Below are positions 22,647-28,046 of a stretch of DNA of 28,046 nucleotides, piece after piece (position 1 is the first letter of the stretch; the number at the start of each line of letters is the position of its first letter). A model generated the notes under the pieces. The model was not told where the DNA came from. It worked only from the letters and a program-made list of their open reading frames with translations, and did no database searches. This DNA is from Octopus sinensis (taxonomy: Eukaryota): positions 1-28,046 of the forward strand of contig NW_021836370.1 of NCBI RefSeq assembly GCF_006345805.1. Direction: 5' to 3'. The position numbers and the translations under genes were made by a program.

Positions 22647-22955
22647 GGCGCGTGGCTTAGTAGTTAAGGTATTCGGCTCGCGTTCGTAGGGTCGCGAGTT
22701 CGTTTCCCGGCGGCGTGTTGTGTTCTTGCGCAAGACACTTTATTTCATGCTATTCCAATCCACTCAGCTGACAAGAATGAGTAGTACTAATCTTTCAAGG
22801 ATCCAGCCTTATCACGCTGAATCTCCCTGAGAAGTAAGGGAAGGGGTACGTGTATCATTGGAGTGCTCAGACACTTGCACCTTAATCTCACGAGCAAGCT
22901 GTTCCTTTGATCAGATCAACTGGAAACCCCGTCGTCGTAAGCGGCGAAGTGCCAG

Positions 22956-22957
<2 letters not shown>
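22647..22957 (+). mobile_element. tRNA-headed SINE F, probably CORE-type
   Basis: A-box tggcttagtagtt, B-box gagttcgtttcc, then ttgtgttcttgcgcaagacact resembling the CORE start; ends at (TA)n. Confidence 0.75.
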
Positions 22958-23001
<44 letters not shown>

Positions 23002-23360
23002 ATATATATATATTTACGTGTGTTGTGTGTGTATGTGTATGAGATATATATATATGCACACACATAACATAATGTCGAAACCACTAGGCTAAACGCTTAT
23101 CTTATTGGTTGAGACACAACATCAGAATCGTAATTGTTTCCAAAATTATTTTATCTGTCATCACAATGAAACAATTATATCACGTGACAGTCATTTTAGC
23201 CGTGTAAGACTCACAGAAGCTCTTAGACCCTCTTACGCTATTTCTTTCAACGTTCCTATCTTCAATGAATGCTTATAAGAAAGAGGAGACTGTAATGTAA
23301 TATTGTGTAAACACACAGCAAAGCACGAGCACAGGGCCGCGCGTACACACACAGACACAG

Positions 23361-23395
<35 letters not shown>

Positions 23396-23487
23396 CACAC
23401 ACACGCACGCAAACATGTCAAACACTTTGTTCGCCATTAACCTGGATTTTATTTCCTCTGAATTGTACACCCACACCACACACACCT

Positions 23488-23528
<41 letters not shown>

Positions 23529-23545
23529 TATATATATATAATATA

Positions 23546-23660
23546 TGGAAAAAGTCAGGATAGAAAATGCTAAAATAATTTTATAAAAAAAAATTTCAGT
23601 ACCGGTTTACAGCCATTGAGACTTTTCAACTGAACAATTAATAATTAAAATTTAGAAAAG
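23546..23660 (-). mobile_element. Short AT-rich repeat next to (TA)n with an ACCGGT palindrome motif
   Basis: Reverse ttcag-ttgaaaa-gtctcaatggct-gtaaaccggta-ctgaa; single copy in this window, repeat status inferred. Confidence 0.35.
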
Positions 23661-23972
23661 TTTTTTTAAAAGAATATTTGTATAGTGTTCAAATACAAGT
23701 GGGCATTTTCCTTGTTTCTGCCGGTCTCTGCCTCTCTTGTTTACTCTTGTGGGTTCGAGGTCGTTGTGAATTCTTAGTAGGAAAGAAGAAGGAAAAGAAG
23801 AAGAGGAGGAGAAGGAGAAGAAGAGGAACAAGAATTTGGGAATGTCCATTATAGTAGTATTTTTAATGGTCAGTGGATGGTAGCAGTTGCTGTCCAATTC
23901 ATGAAAATATTTCTTTTAAATGTTTTGCTTATAGAATTTGCGTCGGTGCTATCTATATATTATATATTATAT

Positions 23973-24011
<39 letters not shown>

Positions 24012-24012
<1 letters not shown>

Positions 24013-24211
24013 GTTAATCCAAACAAGAAAGCACAATAAAAAACACAACAACGCGAGGACGTGGAACAAATATAGTATCATTGAACGCTCAGGAAAGAAG
24101 GAAAGAAGGAGGGTCTAATGTTTCGAGCGGAGCTCTTCGTCGGAAACATAGGGGAAGGAAAGATCCAGAGAAGGGAAGAAGAGGAAAAAAATCGCCAAGG
24201 TCACAGGCGGT

Positions 24212-24216
<5 letters not shown>
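24012..24216 (-). mobile_element. Short repeat C2, second copy, flanked by (TA)n on both sides
   Basis: Homologous to 14336-14580 and to C1 (ttcctgagcg...atact). Confidence 0.7.
24113..24147 (-). ncRNA. Minimal hammerhead-like motif, core CCGACGA (U4C)
   Basis: gttt-CCGACGA-a-GAGC-tcc-GCTC-GAAAC-ATT-agac; helix III is broken, plausibly by CpG decay. Confidence 0.3.
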
Positions 24217-24280
<64 letters not shown>

Positions 24281-24474
24281 TATATAAATATAATTATATA
24301 TATGATATTTCGAGCCTTGTGCCTAAAGTAGTAAAAAGAATAGTACATTAGTACTCTACGAAAGTACAGAGTAAACCATCAGATTAAAGTAAAATTGTTT
24401 TCCTTATAACTGAACATAAATAACTGAAATATACAAACAGAAAACAAATATATTTAATATTTGATAACTGCTAA

Positions 24475-24889
24475 AGCGGTGAGCTGTCAGAATCGTTAGC
24501 ACACCGGGCGAAATGCTTAGCGGTATTTCGTCTGCCGTTACGTTCTGAGTTCAAATTCCGCCGAGGTCGACTTTGCCTTTCATCCTTTCGGAGTCGATAA
24601 ATTAAGTACCAGTTACGCACTGGTGTCGATGTAATCGACTTAATACCTTCGTCTGTCCTTGTTTGTCCCCTCTATATTTAGCCCCTTGTGGGTAATAAAG
24701 AAATTGGTATTTCGTCCGCCGCTGCGTTCTGAGTTCAAATTCCACCGAGGTCGACTTTGCCTTCCAACCTTTCGGGGTCGATAAATTAAGTACCAATTAC
24801 GCACTGGGGTCGATGTAATCGACTTAATCCGTTTGTCTGTCCCTGTTTGTCCCCTCTGTGTTTACCCCCTTGTGGGTAGTAAAGAAATA
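24475..24889 (+). mobile_element. SINE A dimer (24475-24705 plus 24706-24889)
   Basis: Junction aaagaaatt|ggtatttcg; the second unit is headless. Confidence 0.9.
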
Positions 24890-25815
24890 GATATCAGGAT
24901 CTTGCGATCATATGAGTATAACACCCTAACACTAGACCATGCGCCCTCACTTCACTCACACAGATATACTCTGAGTGACCGTGCAAGAGAGAGAGAGAGG
25001 CAGCTGTACGACGAAGAGAATTGGAGTTACAGAAGGAAATAAAGACAAATAAGGGAATCAAATACACAGAGGGTGGTTTGTAGTAACAGACAGTAACAAT
25101 CAAATGTCGGTAAGAAAGAGATATAACGTGAGAGGAGAGAGAGAGAGAGAGAGAAGCACAGGATAGAAGGATAGGATTGGTGGGCAGGAAGCTCCACAAA
25201 AAGCACGAGAGAGGAGGAGGAGGTGGAGAGTAGGGAGTGACAGAGGAGCATTATATAAAAACAAAAGCAAGCAGATAAATGTACGGAGTAGCTAAAGCAT
25301 AACGATCGCAGCCATGAAACTACGTTATTAGCCATTCAAAGACACACAAAGGCTATCAACTTAACTTTAAACATTCATTATATCTTCTAGTTTAAGTGAA
25401 ATTAACAGTCTGTGTGATTTTTTTGAACGGCTAATATCTGCCTTCCGCACAGCAATCGTTTCAGTTTTAACGTACAGTCTCACATAAAATCGTTTGCATG
25501 GAAAGTACACCTCCGAAAGCTAAAATATAGTTATTTGGCAGGCTAAAGCAGACAGCCATTTTGGATAAAGACAAAAGACTACGTTTTGATCGGTTCATGA
25601 ACGAGTTATTATTATCAATGAGCGAATGACTGAGATGGAAATTATAAAAGAATATCTTATTTATTTAAGTCTGTATTATGTCCCGCAATGCATACGTATA
25701 TAGATATATGTGTGTTTAAATATACGTGTGTGTCTTAATGTACAAGGTGTATATTGTATATACACCTTTTTACGTACATTGTATACGTATATACATACTC
25801 AAATACATATACATT

Positions 25816-26252
25816 TATTTCTTTATTGCCCAAGCAATAAAGAAATTTCTATATTTCTTTGTTGCCCAAGCATGGGGACAAACAAGGACAGACAAACAGA
25901 TTAAGTTGATCGCATCGACCCCGGTGTGTAACTGCTACTTATTTAGTCGACCCCGAAAGATGAATGGCAAAGTCGACCTCGGCGGAATTTGAACTCAGAA
26001 CGTAAAGGCAAGCGAAATACCTATTTCTTTACTACCAACAAGGGGCTAAATACAGAGAGGACAAACAAGGACAGATAAACGGATTAAAGTCGATTATATC
26101 GACCCCAGTATGTAGCTGGTACTTAATTTATCGACCCCGAAAAGATGAAAGGCAAAGTCGACCTCGGCGGAATTTGAACTAAGAACGTAGCGACAGACGA
26201 AATACAGCTAAGCATTTCGCCCGGAGTGCTAACGATTCAGCCACCTCGCTGT
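25816..26252 (-). mobile_element. SINE A dimer (headed 26022-26252 plus headless 25851-26021) with a rearranged 3' end
   Basis: Same junction as the other dimers; terminal fold-back at 25817-25846. Confidence 0.88.
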
Positions 26253-26272
26253 CTTAGTGTCACTATAGATGT

Positions 26273-26490
26273 CCTTTTCTACTCTAGGCACAATGCCTGG
26301 AATTTGCGGGGAGGATGGGGGGGCAGTCGATTAGATGGACCCGAGTACGCAGCTAGTACTAAATTGACGACCCTGAAACGGTGAAGGGCAAAAGTCAACC
26401 TCGGCGGAATTTGAACTCAGAACGAAAAGACATACGAAATACTGCTAAGCGTTTCGCCCGGCGTGCTGACATTTCTGCCGGCTCGCTGCC
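26273..26490 (-). mobile_element. SINE A monomer with type 1 tail
   Basis: Head at 26481-26490; tail ctaggcacaatgcctggaatttgcgggg resembles 95-140; flanked by the direct repeat ttagtgtcacta(ta)gatgt. Confidence 0.85.
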
Positions 26491-26779
26491 TTAGTGTCAC
26501 TAGATGTTGTCATACTATTATGCCACGCCCAAAACAGCACATTGACTCTGCATTGTGTCTGGAATATGTGAGTGTAAATATGTCAGTTCTCCGTAACTCT
26601 CGTGCTTTATCAAGTCTTATGTAGTGAGTTGTAGGCCATACCATATGATTGTAAATAGGATGGGTATATGTGTGTGAGTTTGTAATATTACTTTGACTCG
26701 ACAAAAAAAAGTTTTCGTCATTTTTACACACGCACATATATACATACGTGCATGCTTACATTCATATATATATAATACA

Positions 26780-27030
26780 AAATGGGACTAGAACACAACA
26801 TCCGGACAGCTAGGTGATGCGAAAAGGGACAACAGAACATCCAGATAGATGATACAAAGAAAAAAAGGACGGGTCATTCGAAGCCGTCTATCTTCAGTCA
26901 AGCACCAGATTATCCTCGCACTTTCAGCTGATTATTCTTGAGATTGCTCCAATCTGGCCAACCCCAACGAAAATTAAGCTAAGGGTATTAGATTCCTTGG
27001 AAGAAAGCAGCCAATGTATACAAAAACGAG
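26780..27030 (-). mobile_element. Short repeat D, second copy
   Basis: 26826-26932 is homologous to 14880-14995. Outer boundaries approximate. Confidence 0.55.
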
Positions 27031-27209
27031 GACAGAAAGTACACCGTATATTTTTTACTCATTCTAAAAATATTCATCACGTGACGCAACACACTCCTTA
27101 TTTTTTTTACCTATCTGTCCGTGTATTATTATTAATATTATATATGATTACATTAGAATATATATTCACAATCTGTGAATGCATAAACACACACACACAC
27201 ACACACACA

Positions 27210-27245
<36 letters not shown>

Positions 27246-27477
27246 TATTATTTAAATCAGTTTGATTCGGTTCTGTGCTACTTCCAGTTTTGCATGCCCC
27301 TAACTGGGGACCGACTCGTTCGAGCTTTGGAATGCCGAATCTCTTAAATAATACATATAACCCCTACTAAATATGTTGAGTACCCTTTTCGTTCATTTGT
27401 CCACTCACTCGTATAATTATACGTGTGTCAGTGTTGTTTGTATATATCTGTGTGTGTTGTTGTTGCTGTTTGTTTGT

Positions 27478-27853
27478 TTGTTGAGCGAAGCGGTCTTCGC
27501 CACAGAGCTCGCATGATCGCGCCTCTGTAGTGGGAGAAGTCCGAAACGTGGTCCTTTGCTATTCGTAAGACCCGCAGAAGAGAAAGCAGGTCAACCCCCG
27601 AAACCTAGAGCATCGACGGATGGATGAATGCGCATCTAGGCTCAGCGGTTGCGTAGGAAGTCAGAGACAAGAAACAAGAAGAAAGAGTGAGAGAAAGTTG
27701 GAGCGAAAGAGTACAACAGGGGTCGCCACCACCCTCTGCCGGAGCCTCGTGTTTTCGCTCAATAAAAACACACAAAGCCCGGTCTGGGAATCGAAACCGC
27801 GATCCTCCGACCGCGAGTCCGCTGCCCTAACCACTGGGCCATTGCGCCTCCAC
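27478..27853 (-). mobile_element. tRNA-headed SINE E, copy 2, with intact tRNA-like head
   Basis: Reverse gtggaggcgcaatggcccagtggttagggcagcggactcgcggtcggaggatcgcggtttcgattccc (resembles tRNA-Arg); ends in (AACA)/(AAC) repeats; TTG-rich tracts on both flanks. Confidence 0.8.
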
Positions 27854-28046
27854 TGTTGTTGCTGTTGTTGTTGTTTATATCGTTTGTTTCTTTAGCCAAT
27901 TCCGAATTCTAAAAGTGGAAAGTTAAAAGTTCCGTTTTGAGCCATTTGGTAGTAGTGAGACAGAGAAGGGGATGGAGGATTTTTGCTCGAATGCTATCTA
28001 AGAAATAAAATATGAGTACAAGGATTGGGTGGGAGAAGGCAATGAG

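Noticed and set aside
27521-27552. ctgtagt-g-gga-gaag-tcc-gaaac-gtg motif
   Set aside because: The core deviates at several positions, the cleavage position is G (not H), and it is antisense to the SINE.
27780-27853. tRNA gene (and the other A/B-box heads)
   Set aside because: No complete cloverleaf or acceptor stem; each head runs into a multi-copy SINE body.

Overview
AT-rich, microsatellite-dense animal DNA. The repeats look like those I recognise from Octopus genomes; the taxon is inferred by recognition, not by a search. No complete protein-coding gene, rRNA, real tRNA or CRISPR array can be supported, and nearly all listed ORFs are artefacts of (TA)n/(TG)n/trinucleotide tracts or SINEs. 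The window is an intron-like or intergenic mosaic of at least four tRNA-headed SINE types (labelled A, B, E, F here), a hAT-type MITE, possible Helitron remnants, short (TA)n-embedded repeats (labelled C, D) and tandem repeats. Best leads: (1) four copies of repeat C carry a minimal type-I hammerhead-ribozyme-like motif (conserved GAGC/GCTC helix II, variable loop, GAAAC-NTH) with subfamily-specific non-canonical cores, plus two degenerate relatives; (2) SINE A occurs four times as head-plus-headless multimers with the same junction; (3) a tandem ACCGGAAGT (ETS) CpG-rich patch followed by ATG and a splice donor may be a gene start; (4) inverted repeat pairs could form dsRNA. Candidate exons are unassigned and low confidence.
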